A stretch of 64,000 nucleotides of DNA from a virus: IMG/VR virus record IMGVR_UViG_3300021961_000063, positions 11,207 through 75,206 of that record. The stretch is one strand, 5' to 3'. The notes under the pieces were generated by a model that searched no databases, was not told the origin of the DNA, and saw only the letters and a program-made list of their open reading frames with translations. The first letter of the stretch is position 1; every line of letters starts with the position of its first letter. The translations under genes and the position numbers were made by a program. Below, piece by piece: positions 1 to 10,359 of the stretch.

Positions 1-1
1 T

Positions 2-1396
2 TCTCTTGCCTTTTCTTTAGAACAATTAGATGTTCAAACTCAATTAACTAAAGAAGTAAAACTTCAAGCCGGAGAAGCTGCTCAATTAAGTAAGTTATTT
101 TCTATAAACGGTGAAAGTAGTCAAGAACAATTAGATACTGTTTATGATTCTGTTGCTGAATTTGCCAATCAAAACAAAATACTATTTAATAGTAAAAAAG
201 TTATGGAAGCTATGTCCAAAGTAAGTGGACAATTATTAGTGTCTTTTAAAGGCAATACTAAAGAATTAGCTAATGCAGTCCAGCAAGCTATGAAATTAGG
301 TATTAACTTGCAAACAGCTCAAGGAATATCTAAAAGCATGCTAAATTTTGAAGAATCCATATCTGCAGAATTAGAAGCTGAATTACTTACTGGTAGAGAT
401 ATAAATCTTGATAGAGCTCGAGCTTTATCTATGCAAGGAAAGTATGCTGAAGCAGCTGAAGAAGCTTTAAATGCAGTTGGAAGTCTGGAAAGGTTCCAAG
501 AAATGAATGTTTTTCAACAAGAGGCATTAGCTAAAGCTGCTGGCTTAACCGTTGACCAACTTTCAGATGCTTTAATATTACAAAAATATCAAGGTACCCA
601 AACAGGTAAACAAATCGAAAGATTTAAAGCAATGGGTATGGAAACTGAAGCCCTTGCTTTAGCCAATGGAGAATTAGTGGGTGAACAATTAAAACAAGCA
701 ACACAACAATTAAATGCTCAAGAAAAATTTAATATTGCCGTTGAAAGAGCCAAAGAAATATTTACAGATTTAGTAGATGGAGGAGCAATTCAAACATTAG
801 CAGATGCTATTCAAGGATTAGCAGATAGTTCTTTATTACAAGGATATGCAGAAGAAGGAAAAGCTAAACGACTTACAAAACAATTAGAAGAAGATAAAAA
901 AGGCACAGAAGAAGAAAAAGCTATAGTTAAATTAGCTGAAAATCAAGTAGGTATAGGAGATATGCTATCAAAAGCGGCAAAAGGAGCTTTGGTGGGTGCG
1001 GGAACAGGAGCCACTGTTGGAGCATTTGCCGGTGGTATAGGTGCCATTCCTGGTGCTGTCGGTGGAGCTATGTATGGTGCTGCCGCTGCTTTGGCTATGG
1101 GATTATATGAAAAGGCGCAAGCAAAAGGTGCAGCAAAAGAATCAGATAAAATTAGAGAAAAATATTACCCCGATGAAAATCAACAAATAAAAGCAAATGA
1201 TTTTACTATTAGAACCAACCCTGCAGATACTTTAGTAATGGCTGGAGGAACAAAATTTGGAGATGAAACTAATGCTTTATTAAAAGAATTAATATCATCT
1301 ATGAAATCAGGAGGCGATATTTACATAGACTCTACCAAAGTAGGCACCGCCTTAGGTTTAGCTACTTTTAATTCAAACGTGAACTTTAACTCTTAA
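2..1396 (+). CDS. Tape measure-like protein, C-terminal part (5' truncated by window)
   Basis: Frame is open from nt 2 to the stop; Ala/Gln/Leu-rich helical sequence, Gly/Ala hydrophobic stretch, C-terminal DFTIRTNPAD..GGDIYIDSTKVG; lies directly upstream of baseplate genes. Confidence 0.7.
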   Translation, partial: SLAFSLEQLDVQTQLTKEVKLQAGEAAQLSKLFSINGESSQEQLDTVYDSVAEFANQNKILFNSKKVMEAMSKVSGQLLVSFKGNTKELANAVQQAMKLGINLQTAQGISKSMLNFEESISAELEAELLTGRDINLDRARALSMQGKYAEAAEEALNAVGSLERFQEMNVFQQEALAKAAGLTVDQLSDALILQKYQGTQTGKQIERFKAMGMETEALALANGELVGEQLKQATQQLNAQEKFNIAVERAKEIFTDLVDGGAIQTLADAIQGLADSSLLQGYAEEGKAKRLTKQLEEDKKGTEEEKAIVKLAENQVGIGDMLSKAAKGALVGAGTGATVGAFAGGIGAIPGAVGGAMYGAAAALAMGLYEKAQAKGAAKESDKIREKYYPDENQQIKANDFTIRTNPADTLVMAGGTKFGDETNALLKELISSMKSGGDIYIDSTKVGTALGLATFNSNVNFNS

Positions 1397-1418
1397 ATAT
1401 TTATAACAAAATACAATT

Positions 1419-1691
1419 ATGGGACTCAAAGAAAAATTACAAACTAAAGGCTCTACCTTAAGTACTTATGATGGAGGTACTCCTCCAACAAACCCCGGAG
1501 CCACTAAATCTTCAAAATTACACGCTTTTGGAGACACCGCAGGATATTCCCTAAACGGAGCATATTCTCAAGAAGTAAATTCAGCGTATAATGCTTATTT
1601 GGATGGTGTTCCAAATCCCTTGCCACAACCTTCAACATTGGATTTAAATGGAAAAACCCCTTCTAAGTATTTAGACAATTTACCGGAATAA
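1419..1691 (+). CDS. Hypothetical virion protein
   Basis: 90 aa ORF after an ATATTTATA motif; TAATG overlap with next gene. Confidence 0.6.
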   Translation: MGLKEKLQTKGSTLSTYDGGTPPTNPGATKSSKLHAFGDTAGYSLNGAYSQEVNSAYNAYLDGVPNPLPQPSTLDLNGKTPSKYLDNLPE

Positions 1692-3628
1692 TGGGTTTAT
1701 TAACCTTACTAACAGAACCAAAAAACTTTAAATTTTACACTGGAAAAGGATATTCCGGTGATGGGAATACTATTGGTCTAAAAAGCCTTAGATATGGCAA
1801 TGACCGATTAGGAGGAGCAAATAGTGGCCAGCCTTATATTCAAGTAGGCATTCCCGATGATATTTCTTCATATATAGGAACTACCGATTATATTAATCGT
1901 GGAGGTATTAACGTTGTAAGAGATTCATTAGTAGATGTTGAACGTTTAGGTAAAATGTTCGCTGATACTAGATCTCCAAATGGTATATTTTTTATATCAA
2001 AACAAAATCTTCTTTCTAGAACAGCAGTTAAAACTCAAACTAGTGGTAGATTACTAAATGAAGGAATATATTCTCCTTTATCTACTTTAGCTCAAGCTGG
2101 AGTAGTAGCTTTTGGAGGTCATTTAAATAAACAAGGATTAAATCCTTTTGCTAGTACAGGAGCTTATTCTAATAACGATAACTTATACGGAGTTAAGATA
2201 AAAAATGATCAACCAACAGATGAAAATAGATTAGTAAATTTATTTAATTCTATTGTAAAAGATGATCCTATTTCAAAATTTGGAGGCACAAGAGGCACTA
2301 CTTTAAATCCTGGAGGAAATAATGGTGGTATCCTAATCACATATTCAGGAGGACCAGGTTCTACTTTAGGTGTAGGATCTACTGATATAAGAAAAGCAAA
2401 AACCTTTTATGATGTTTCTTTAGCTTCTCCAAAAAACAACTATTCATATAGTCAAAATACTTGGGTATTTAATTCTAATTTATTACTTACTCCTTACGTA
2501 TACGAAACACTCCCCCCAGTTGTTACAACTAATGCTTCGGATACAACCGAAGGTTCTTTAGCCTCTCCAAAAATCCAAGATTTTAGAGCTTTATTAAGAA
2601 CAAAACTTCAAGGTGAGGAATTAACAAAAGCAAAACAAAGTGGAGCTGTAGCTGAAGCTCCTAGCTATAACTCAAAAAATGTTGATTTAAGAACAAATCA
2701 AGGCCAACCAGGACAAAGAGCAAATAAAAGCTATTATGATTATAGTAAAGGCGTTATTAGTACAGCTACCAATACTTCTTACTATGGTACCGGTTCTATT
2801 GGGGATTTAGGTTCATATAAAAGAGGTTTAGATAAAATAAATTCTTTACCCATTTATAGAAGTGAAGTGGCATCTACAGATAGTGAATTAAATGATTTAG
2901 TTAATTTTAGAATTGCTGTTATAGATAATGATTCACCTAGTTTTAAAACATTCTTACATTTTAGAGCATTTCTAGGCAGTGTTCAGGATTCTTATAATGC
3001 TCAGTGGAATGGATTTAATTATTTAGGAAGAGGTGAACAATTTTATACTTATGGTGGGTTTACTAGACAAATGTCGTTATCTTGGACAATTGCCGCTCAA
3101 TCAAAAGAAGAACTTATGCCTATGTATAGAAAATTAAACTATTTAGCCTCAACTTTAACTCCTAATTACAGTGATAACTATGGGTTTATGAGAGGTAACT
3201 TAGTTCAATTAACTATAGGAGGTTATGTTTATGAACAACCTGGATTTATAACATCTTTAAGTTTTGACATTCAAGAAGATACTCCTTGGGAAATAGGAAT
3301 TAACACACAGGGAAATACAGACACTTCAGTTAAACAACTCCCCCATATTATAAGAGTAAGCGGATTTAGCTTTACACCAATCCAAAGATTCTTACCAGAA
3401 AAACAAAGATTAACCTTTGTAAATACTGGTGGTACTAGTAGTTTAGATACTAGTGATGATACCGGATTTGTTAATAATTATGGAGCACAAAGATATATTT
3501 CATTACAGGATAGTGATACCTCTGGATATAATACATCCTTTGAACAAGCAGCAGCCCAAGAAACAACCCCAGAAGAAATCCAACAAACAATATACCAAGT
3601 AAATAACTACCCGGGGGGACCAAATTAA
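1691..3628 (+). CDS. Putative baseplate/tail-tube initiator protein
   Basis: C-terminal FRAFL..DSYNAQW..YLGRGE.FYTYGGFTR..LTIG domain typical of contractile-tail tube initiators; lies between tape measure and LysM genes. Confidence 0.55.
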   Translation: MGLLTLLTEPKNFKFYTGKGYSGDGNTIGLKSLRYGNDRLGGANSGQPYIQVGIPDDISSYIGTTDYINRGGINVVRDSLVDVERLGKMFADTRSPNGIFFISKQNLLSRTAVKTQTSGRLLNEGIYSPLSTLAQAGVVAFGGHLNKQGLNPFASTGAYSNNDNLYGVKIKNDQPTDENRLVNLFNSIVKDDPISKFGGTRGTTLNPGGNNGGILITYSGGPGSTLGVGSTDIRKAKTFYDVSLASPKNNYSYSQNTWVFNSNLLLTPYVYETLPPVVTTNASDTTEGSLASPKIQDFRALLRTKLQGEELTKAKQSGAVAEAPSYNSKNVDLRTNQGQPGQRANKSYYDYSKGVISTATNTSYYGTGSIGDLGSYKRGLDKINSLPIYRSEVASTDSELNDLVNFRIAVIDNDSPSFKTFLHFRAFLGSVQDSYNAQWNGFNYLGRGEQFYTYGGFTRQMSLSWTIAAQSKEELMPMYRKLNYLASTLTPNYSDNYGFMRGNLVQLTIGGYVYEQPGFITSLSFDIQEDTPWEIGINTQGNTDTSVKQLPHIIRVSGFSFTPIQRFLPEKQRLTFVNTGGTSSLDTSDDTGFVNNYGAQRYISLQDSDTSGYNTSFEQAAAQETTPEEIQQTIYQVNNYPGGPN

Positions 3629-3649
3629 GGTTGAGAAAATTAATAAAAA

Positions 3650-3973
3650 ATGAATAGATATCAAAACATACCAAAAACTAGGATTGACAAAAATTTAGCG
3701 TATGTCACCTCTCGTTATCCTGAAGTACCTATTACTTCAAATGATATCTATGTTTATACAACTCAAGGAGATAGATTTGACGTATTAGCACAACAATATT
3801 ATGGGGATAGTTCATTATGGTGGGTTATTTCTGTAGCCAATACTGGAAATCCAAGTGCAAATACATCTCCTAGTTTACCACAAAATTCATTAGTTATACC
3901 TGAAGGCATTCAATTAAGAATTCCGGCTTATCCCAATGCCGTAGTTGATGCTTTTAATACAATAAATTCATAA
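3650..3973 (+). CDS. LysM-like baseplate wedge protein (gp53/gpX-like)
   Basis: GDRFDVLAQQYYGDSSLWWVI..AN..G.QLRIP. Confidence 0.8.
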   Translation: MNRYQNIPKTRIDKNLAYVTSRYPEVPITSNDIYVYTTQGDRFDVLAQQYYGDSSLWWVISVANTGNPSANTSPSLPQNSLVIPEGIQLRIPAYPNAVVDAFNTINS

Positions 3974-3974
3974 T

Positions 3975-6900
3975 ATGAGTAACCTAATAGGAGAAAATTT
4001 AGACAGTTATGTTGTTTCTCAAATTAAAACTAGGGAAACAATTTTAGGTTCTGCTAATAGAACTAATGAACAAATTATATGGGAAAATAATAAAAACGGA
4101 TGGGTAAAACTTGTATCCTCTGCTAATATACATTCACCCCTTTCTGCTAAATATGGTGGAGGAAGTGAATTAGCTAAAAAATACGTCCTATTTAATGGTG
4201 TCTCTAATGGATTTAATAATACTAGAGCTGGTTTAGATATTAGTGGACCTAAAACAAACCAAGGAGCTTACGGATTAGGAGGTCCTGAATTTGGTTTTGC
4301 CCCAATGCCCGGTATTATGTCTGCTGACATAAAAACAGAAACTAGAGGTACATTAAAAACAGGTACTGTTCAAATTAAAGCTAATAATAAAGAACAATTT
4401 GAAATAATAAGTACCCTTTATATAAGATTAGGTTATTTAATGCTTTTAGAGTGGGGACATAGTTGTTATTTTGAAGACACTAATACTTTCATCAGTGATA
4501 ATTCGGCTACATTAGCTAGTGGATTTTTAAAAGGAAAACTTTCATATCATACCATTTTATCTAAAATTGAAGCTAAACGAGCTGAAACTAAAGGTAACTA
4601 CGATGCTTTATGTGGTAAAGTAGTTAATTACAACTGGAAATTCAATAAAGATGGTTCCTATGATATAACCCTTATTTTAAGAAGCACAGGAGATATAATT
4701 GAATCTTTAAAATCCAACTTACTTAACCCAAAAACACAAGAATCAAATCAACGTGAAATCAATTTAACATCAGGAGAATCAACAAGTGGTTTTGATGCTA
4801 TAGATCCTGATAGAGGATATATTTCTCCTAATTCTATCATCAATGCTTTTGCTTATTCTAGCGTTATAGGTAATCAGTTTGCGCATGAAATGTATTTATT
4901 TGGACAAGAGGCTGCTAACCGAAAAAAGAACGGAATGCAATCACGAGAGGGAAATTGGGGAAATGGTATAAAACATATAGATTACGTTGCTCAAGAATGG
5001 TATGTATCTGGTAAAAGAGTTGATTATTATGTTAGATTTGGAGAATTTTTAGATTTTTTAAAAAATAATGTTATTCCTACAACTGATGGTGTACCGTTAA
5101 TGAATTTTGGTGATATTAATAGTACCTCTATTGTGTGTTATAAACCTCCTAGAATAGTTCCTGTTAACCCGGATATTTGTATATGGAGACAGGAAATTCA
5201 AGATTATATTTTCTTTCCGGAATGTGAACCATGCGTTTTTGATAATAAAATACGATTAATGTATGTTTATATTAATTTTGTTTATGTTCTAAGATGTATT
5301 GAAAACTTAAAAAACGATAAAGGTGAATTAAAAATTATTGATTTACTAAACTCTATATGTAAAGGTTTCAACCAATCAACAGGAAATTATAGTAAAGTAA
5401 CTGCTAGAGTAAATTTAGAAAATAACCAAGTAGTTTTTATTGACGAAAACAGAATCCCAGGAGGAGATAAAACAACAGGTATATTTAATGTATATGGTGT
5501 ACAACCTGGAGTCTATGGTAGTTTCATAAGAGATATAAATTTACAAACTGCTATTACTCCTGAATTAGCTACTATGATTACTATTGGTTCTACTGCTAGA
5601 GGATATACTACAGGAACCGATGCTACTTTTTTATCAAACCTAAACAAAGGAACCTCAGCACGAATTTCAACAGATATTTCTAGTCCTGACAAGGAGGCTG
5701 ACAAGGAATCAAAAACCGATACTCTTTATTCTGATGCTGTTTCTTTATATAATGATTATGTAGGATATACTTCTGTGTATTATCCTAGTGGAAGTACTAA
5801 TTTTGTAGAAGCCCCAGTTTATGATGCTACACTATATCAGAATATGCCAGGGGCAATGCGTCAATTAGTAGAATATGATGAACAATTAGCTACTAGACAA
5901 GCTGCTAAAAAAGATGGAAAATATGCTGGTTCTCCAAGTACTGGATTTTTACCTTTTAATTTATCTTTAACTATGGATGGATTATCTGGTCCTAAAATTT
6001 ATAGCAAGTACAGTATTAACCAATCCTTTTTACCAAGTAACTATCCTGAAACTATGGATTTTATTGTTACAGGAGTAACAAATAATATTTCTAATAATGT
6101 TTGGACTACTACTCTAAATTCAATGGCCGTTCCTGGTTATAGTGTAGTTTCCTCTCCCCCAGGCAAAATACCAGAACCTCCTACTAAACCTCCAATTCCA
6201 AACTTCCTTGGTCCCGTAAATAGAGAAGGCTGTAAACCTTTTGTTCGAAAAACCCTTGCGCTAATGCCCAATATTTGGCCCAATGGTCAACAAAATGATA
6301 GTGTATGGGATGTTCAATTTTTAAGAAAAAATATTGTTGAAATAGCTTCAAAATATGTTGGTCAGGTATGTCTTATTGATGAAAATGTTGGTCAGGGTCG
6401 TATAGGATTTTGTGATCCTGCTTTTGAACAAGAAATGGTAGATATTGGGTGGAGACAAGGTGATCATTGGTGTAATACTTTTGCCGCTTTAATTTATAAA
6501 AAAGCCTATCAATCAACTAGAGTAGAAAATGGCCTTAATGTTGTTATTGATAAAGCTTTTGGTCATACTTTTAATATAGCGGTAAACAAGTTTTTTAATA
6601 TAATGAATGCCGGTGTGATATCTACGGTTACTCGATACCAGGCTTTACAAAAAGAATTATCTAAAAATGGAACAACAGCTTCATTTGTGTGGGCACCTTA
6701 CAAATCAGACCTAAACAAATTAGTACCTGGAGATGTAGTATTTTGGAAAAGAGGAGATAACACTTATGGTCATATCAACATATGCGTTGCTGTAGATTAT
6801 GTTGCTAGAACCTTCCAAACTATTGGAGGTAACGAAGGCCCTGGTTCTCAAGTTTCTTTTACGTTATATAAGATGGATAATGCTTCAATAGCAGGTATAG

Positions 6901-7028
6901 CTAAACCTATTAAGACAAATGAACCAGTACAGGGTACTTTCACTATAGCTACTCTTGAAAGTTTAACTGGAAAAATCGAGGTTGGTAGTAGACAATACCA
7001 ATTCTATAACTCAGAACCAACTACTTAA
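3975..7028 (+). CDS. Baseplate hub protein with C-terminal CHAP-like peptidoglycan hydrolase
   Basis: Hub-like N-terminus (LLEWG, LSLTMDGLSG), Pro-rich linker, then HWCNTF...PGDVV...GHINI...TIGGNEG. Confidence 0.65.
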   Translation: MSNLIGENLDSYVVSQIKTRETILGSANRTNEQIIWENNKNGWVKLVSSANIHSPLSAKYGGGSELAKKYVLFNGVSNGFNNTRAGLDISGPKTNQGAYGLGGPEFGFAPMPGIMSADIKTETRGTLKTGTVQIKANNKEQFEIISTLYIRLGYLMLLEWGHSCYFEDTNTFISDNSATLASGFLKGKLSYHTILSKIEAKRAETKGNYDALCGKVVNYNWKFNKDGSYDITLILRSTGDIIESLKSNLLNPKTQESNQREINLTSGESTSGFDAIDPDRGYISPNSIINAFAYSSVIGNQFAHEMYLFGQEAANRKKNGMQSREGNWGNGIKHIDYVAQEWYVSGKRVDYYVRFGEFLDFLKNNVIPTTDGVPLMNFGDINSTSIVCYKPPRIVPVNPDICIWRQEIQDYIFFPECEPCVFDNKIRLMYVYINFVYVLRCIENLKNDKGELKIIDLLNSICKGFNQSTGNYSKVTARVNLENNQVVFIDENRIPGGDKTTGIFNVYGVQPGVYGSFIRDINLQTAITPELATMITIGSTARGYTTGTDATFLSNLNKGTSARISTDISSPDKEADKESKTDTLYSDAVSLYNDYVGYTSVYYPSGSTNFVEAPVYDATLYQNMPGAMRQLVEYDEQLATRQAAKKDGKYAGSPSTGFLPFNLSLTMDGLSGPKIYSKYSINQSFLPSNYPETMDFIVTGVTNNISNNVWTTTLNSMAVPGYSVVSSPPGKIPEPPTKPPIPNFLGPVNREGCKPFVRKTLALMPNIWPNGQQNDSVWDVQFLRKNIVEIASKYVGQVCLIDENVGQGRIGFCDPAFEQEMVDIGWRQGDHWCNTFAALIYKKAYQSTRVENGLNVVIDKAFGHTFNIAVNKFFNIMNAGVISTVTRYQALQKELSKNGTTASFVWAPYKSDLNKLVPGDVVFWKRGDNTYGHINICVAVDYVARTFQTIGGNEGPGSQVSFTLYKMDNASIAGIAKPIKTNEPVQGTFTIATLESLTGKIEVGSRQYQFYNSEPTT

Positions 7029-7039
7029 TGTATTAAAAG

Positions 7040-7675
7040 ATGGCCTATTATCCAAAATCCCAAATAAAAACAAACTTATACACTAATGGTACCCTCTTTG
7101 TTTTGTATTCTGGAGCACCTTACGTAGGATATTACTATAAAACCTCAAAAGGCCAATTCTTTTCAGGCAAAACCCCTCAAGATTTACCCCAATTTGAATT
7201 AACAGACAAAACGGATCAACCTATAGGAGGATTTCCCCAACAACAAAACCCACTATTTGACTCTCAATTTACCGAATATAATTATTCTTCATCTTTTCAA
7301 ACTTTTGGGGAATATAATGCTTCTGTTTACCCTCAGTATAATCTAGAGTTTTTGAAACCAACTCCCTCTAGCATAAGCCCAAAACCAACCCCAGAAGAAT
7401 ATAAAATTGGAGAATTTAGAAGGTATTTTCTTAAAAAAACAAACCAAATACAATATATTGAAGTAAATAAAACTACATTTAATAGCATTGTTAAAAAAGA
7501 ACCAACATATGATTGGACGCTATATTATCCTTTTTTTATAACGTGGCAATTAACAGGGAACAAAGAAAAAGTAGCTGAAGTAAATAGAAATATTACTTTA
7601 TTAGCTATGAAAAATCAAAAATTACCTCATTTAGATGAGTATCTCCAATATAATTGGACAAAATATTACCAATAA
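7040..7675 (+). CDS. Hypothetical structural-region protein
   Basis: 211 aa ORF, MAYYPKS..LYTNG..YVGYY. Confidence 0.6.
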   Translation: MAYYPKSQIKTNLYTNGTLFVLYSGAPYVGYYYKTSKGQFFSGKTPQDLPQFELTDKTDQPIGGFPQQQNPLFDSQFTEYNYSSSFQTFGEYNASVYPQYNLEFLKPTPSSISPKPTPEEYKIGEFRRYFLKKTNQIQYIEVNKTTFNSIVKKEPTYDWTLYYPFFITWQLTGNKEKVAEVNRNITLLAMKNQKLPHLDEYLQYNWTKYYQ

Positions 7676-7721
7676 TTTGGTATTATAAAATCCCAATATT
7701 ATATTGATATCAATCAAGGTT

Positions 7722-9011
7722 ATGTTTTGGTTGATAGAGACAGAAGAGCAATTGGATTATTTAAAACAAAAGCCAATACAAGAGGCATTTGTTGAAATTA
7801 TTCCGTATCATGACAACGTTCATCCCGCTATTAATGGGTTGTCTCTAGTGTATATTAGACCGTTTAATGACACGAAAGGTTATATGTTATGTGTTGACCA
7901 TAGTGAGGGTTTCTCGCTTAATAAAACGGTTATAGACGGTATACTACAAGATATAGAGCGTATATGGGTACGCGATAAAAAATCGGCATTATATTATTTT
8001 CCAATTAAAAGCTTGCTCGACCTATCCATAATCTCTCCTACGTATATACAAGATCCCCCACAAGCACATACCTATTTTTACTCCAAATATCCGGATTATC
8101 CGAATACTAATAAACTTGTGCCAATCACTAAGCACTATGAAAGGTGTCAACATATGTATGAGCACGTTCGTAGTGTAATCCCCCAAGAATTACCACCCTA
8201 TTTTGATTTTTACAACAACAAGGTAGTATTGGCATTCTTTGGAATTGAAAAGAACGGAATTAATATAGATAAAAATACATTTGACAAACACTATGAACCA
8301 AACCGCGAATTTTATTCAGTCAAAGACAATCGAGTATTTACCAGTTACAATCTATCTACAACAACTCGTAGACCAAGTAACTCTTTCAATGGCATTAATT
8401 TTGCCGCTTTAAATAAAGAAAATGGCTCAAGGAGAAGCTACATATCGAAGTATGGATTCGTGGAGTTCGATATTAGTGCATACCATCCCCATCTTGCTGC
8501 TCGTTTGGTTGCCATGGATTTTCATGGACAAGACGTACACCAAACATTCGCGAACCTCTATGGTGTCACATACAAAGAAGCAAAAGAGCTCACGTTTAAG
8601 CAGCTCTATGGTGGAGTATTTAAAGAGTACGCGCATCTGGAATTTTTTCAAAAAGTAAGTAAATTTATTGACGAAAACTGGAAGGAGTTTAACAGTTCGG
8701 GGAAAGTTATTGTGCCGATTTCGGGATATGTTTTTGAAAAGGACAAGCTGGATAATATGAATCCGCAGAAACTTTTTAATTATATGTTACAGAATGTGGA
8801 GTCGGCAGTCAACACTTACATTTTGATGGACATTCATAGATTGTTGAAAGGTAAACAGACAAAAATAGTATTATATACGTACGATTCGTTTTTATTTGAA
8901 TTAGGAAAAGACGAAAAAGATATTGAAATTGAGATACAAAAAATATTTGAAAAATATAAATTAATGACAAAAAGCAGTTATGGAAACAATTATGACTTTG
9001 GAGCAAACTAG
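7722..9011 (+). CDS. Family A DNA polymerase-like protein (short, divergent)
   Basis: TTRRPSN, motif A FDISAYHP, motif B AKELTFKQLYG, motif C YTYDS; start placed at AAGGTTATG after a promoter. Confidence 0.75.
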   Translation: MFWLIETEEQLDYLKQKPIQEAFVEIIPYHDNVHPAINGLSLVYIRPFNDTKGYMLCVDHSEGFSLNKTVIDGILQDIERIWVRDKKSALYYFPIKSLLDLSIISPTYIQDPPQAHTYFYSKYPDYPNTNKLVPITKHYERCQHMYEHVRSVIPQELPPYFDFYNNKVVLAFFGIEKNGINIDKNTFDKHYEPNREFYSVKDNRVFTSYNLSTTTRRPSNSFNGINFAALNKENGSRRSYISKYGFVEFDISAYHPHLAARLVAMDFHGQDVHQTFANLYGVTYKEAKELTFKQLYGGVFKEYAHLEFFQKVSKFIDENWKEFNSSGKVIVPISGYVFEKDKLDNMNPQKLFNYMLQNVESAVNTYILMDIHRLLKGKQTKIVLYTYDSFLFELGKDEKDIEIEIQKIFEKYKLMTKSSYGNNYDFGAN

Positions 9012-9444
9012 ACATATGTATAAGGGATACGATTTTGATCTAACCAATACAACAGACGTGAATAATAAGTTATTTTGTACTTTTACTAGTTTAGCAGATT
9101 TAGATACACTAGTAGATGGAATTACAAGCTCCTACTCTATAATGTATAACAAGATGTTTGTTTTGTACGTAAAAAGTACAGACGAATATGTTATTACTTA
9201 TAATGTAGAACAAGGCAACGTAAGTGATATTCCTGAAAATACTATTTTAGTACATAGAAAGAAAGATTCTAATACACTCTATACTATCAATGCTCTAAAT
9301 GAGTTGATTAAAAAATTAAATGGTGGTGTTGTTGACCCATCTTATAGAGTAAATTGGCAACATTATAGAAACTGTATTTTGTTAACCAACCATAACGAGT
9401 TGAAACAATTGAATACAAAAATCTATAAGATTGTTGAACTTTAA
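8980..9444 (+). CDS. Hypothetical protein (true start possibly GTG 9058)
   Basis: NKLFCTF...HRKKDSNTLYTINALN; ATATGTATA motif at 9014 suggests a later start. Confidence 0.65.
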   Translation: METIMTLEQTRHMYKGYDFDLTNTTDVNNKLFCTFTSLADLDTLVDGITSSYSIMYNKMFVLYVKSTDEYVITYNVEQGNVSDIPENTILVHRKKDSNTLYTINALNELIKKLNGGVVDPSYRVNWQHYRNCILLTNHNELKQLNTKIYKIVEL

Positions 9445-9500
9445 CTTGGTTTTATAACCTCCCCTTCTTACATTCCCATCGAAACTTAATTACAAGATTT

Positions 9501-10346
9501 ATGGATATTAATGCTATTAAACAACGACTAAATGCTTTACAGTCGACCGGAAACTCAGGCAAGAAAGAAAAAATCGATTACACAAAAGTTTATTGGAAAC
9601 CAAGGGAAGAAGGAAAGTACCAAATTCGTATTGTACCTTCAAAATTGGATCCCCAAAATCCTTTTAAAGAGTGTTTCGTACACTATGGATTCGCTAAGTA
9701 CCCTATCTTTGCTTTGACTAATTGGGGTGAAAAAGACCCTGTTGTAGAATTTGCTTCTCAACTTCGTAAAACTAATGACAAGGAAAACTGGTCTTTGGCT
9801 AAAAAAATCGAGCCAAAAATGCGAGTTTATGCTCCTGTTGTAGTACGTGGTGAAGAAGAAAAAGGCGTACGCCTTTGGGAATTTGGTAAAGAAATTTACA
9901 TGCAATTGTTAGGAATTGCTGATGATGAGGATTATGGTGATTTCACTGATGTTAACGAAGGTCGCGACTTTACAGTTGAGGCCGTTAAAGGTGATATTGC
10001 TGGACGTATTGGTTTGAAAACTTCAATCCGTATCAAACCTAAAACAACTCCTTTGAGTGCTGATGCTTCACAAATTGAAACTTTCCTTTCAGAACAACCA
10101 AACATTTTGGAACTCCAGCGTCAACGTACCTATGAGGAATTAAAAGAAATTCTCCAAAATTGGTTGTCACCTGAAGAGCCAGAAGAAGGTTCAATTATCG
10201 ATGATGAAAATGAGCCTGAAGTAGAAGAAGCAGTAACAGCAAATGCTAAAGCTTATACTTTAAAACAGCCTTTGGCTCCTAAAGCAACAAAAGCAGATCA
10301 ATTTGATTCTTTGTTTGAAGACGAAGATGATGGTTTGCCTTTCTAA
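9501..10346 (+). CDS. Single-stranded DNA-binding protein (T4 gp32-like)
   Basis: WKP..G...IRIVP, GVRLWEFG, DFTD..EGRDF, acidic tail DDGLPF. Confidence 0.85.
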   Translation: MDINAIKQRLNALQSTGNSGKKEKIDYTKVYWKPREEGKYQIRIVPSKLDPQNPFKECFVHYGFAKYPIFALTNWGEKDPVVEFASQLRKTNDKENWSLAKKIEPKMRVYAPVVVRGEEEKGVRLWEFGKEIYMQLLGIADDEDYGDFTDVNEGRDFTVEAVKGDIAGRIGLKTSIRIKPKTTPLSADASQIETFLSEQPNILELQRQRTYEELKEILQNWLSPEEPEEGSIIDDENEPEVEEAVTANAKAYTLKQPLAPKATKADQFDSLFEDEDDGLPF

Positions 10347-10359
10347 TTAAATTAAATTT

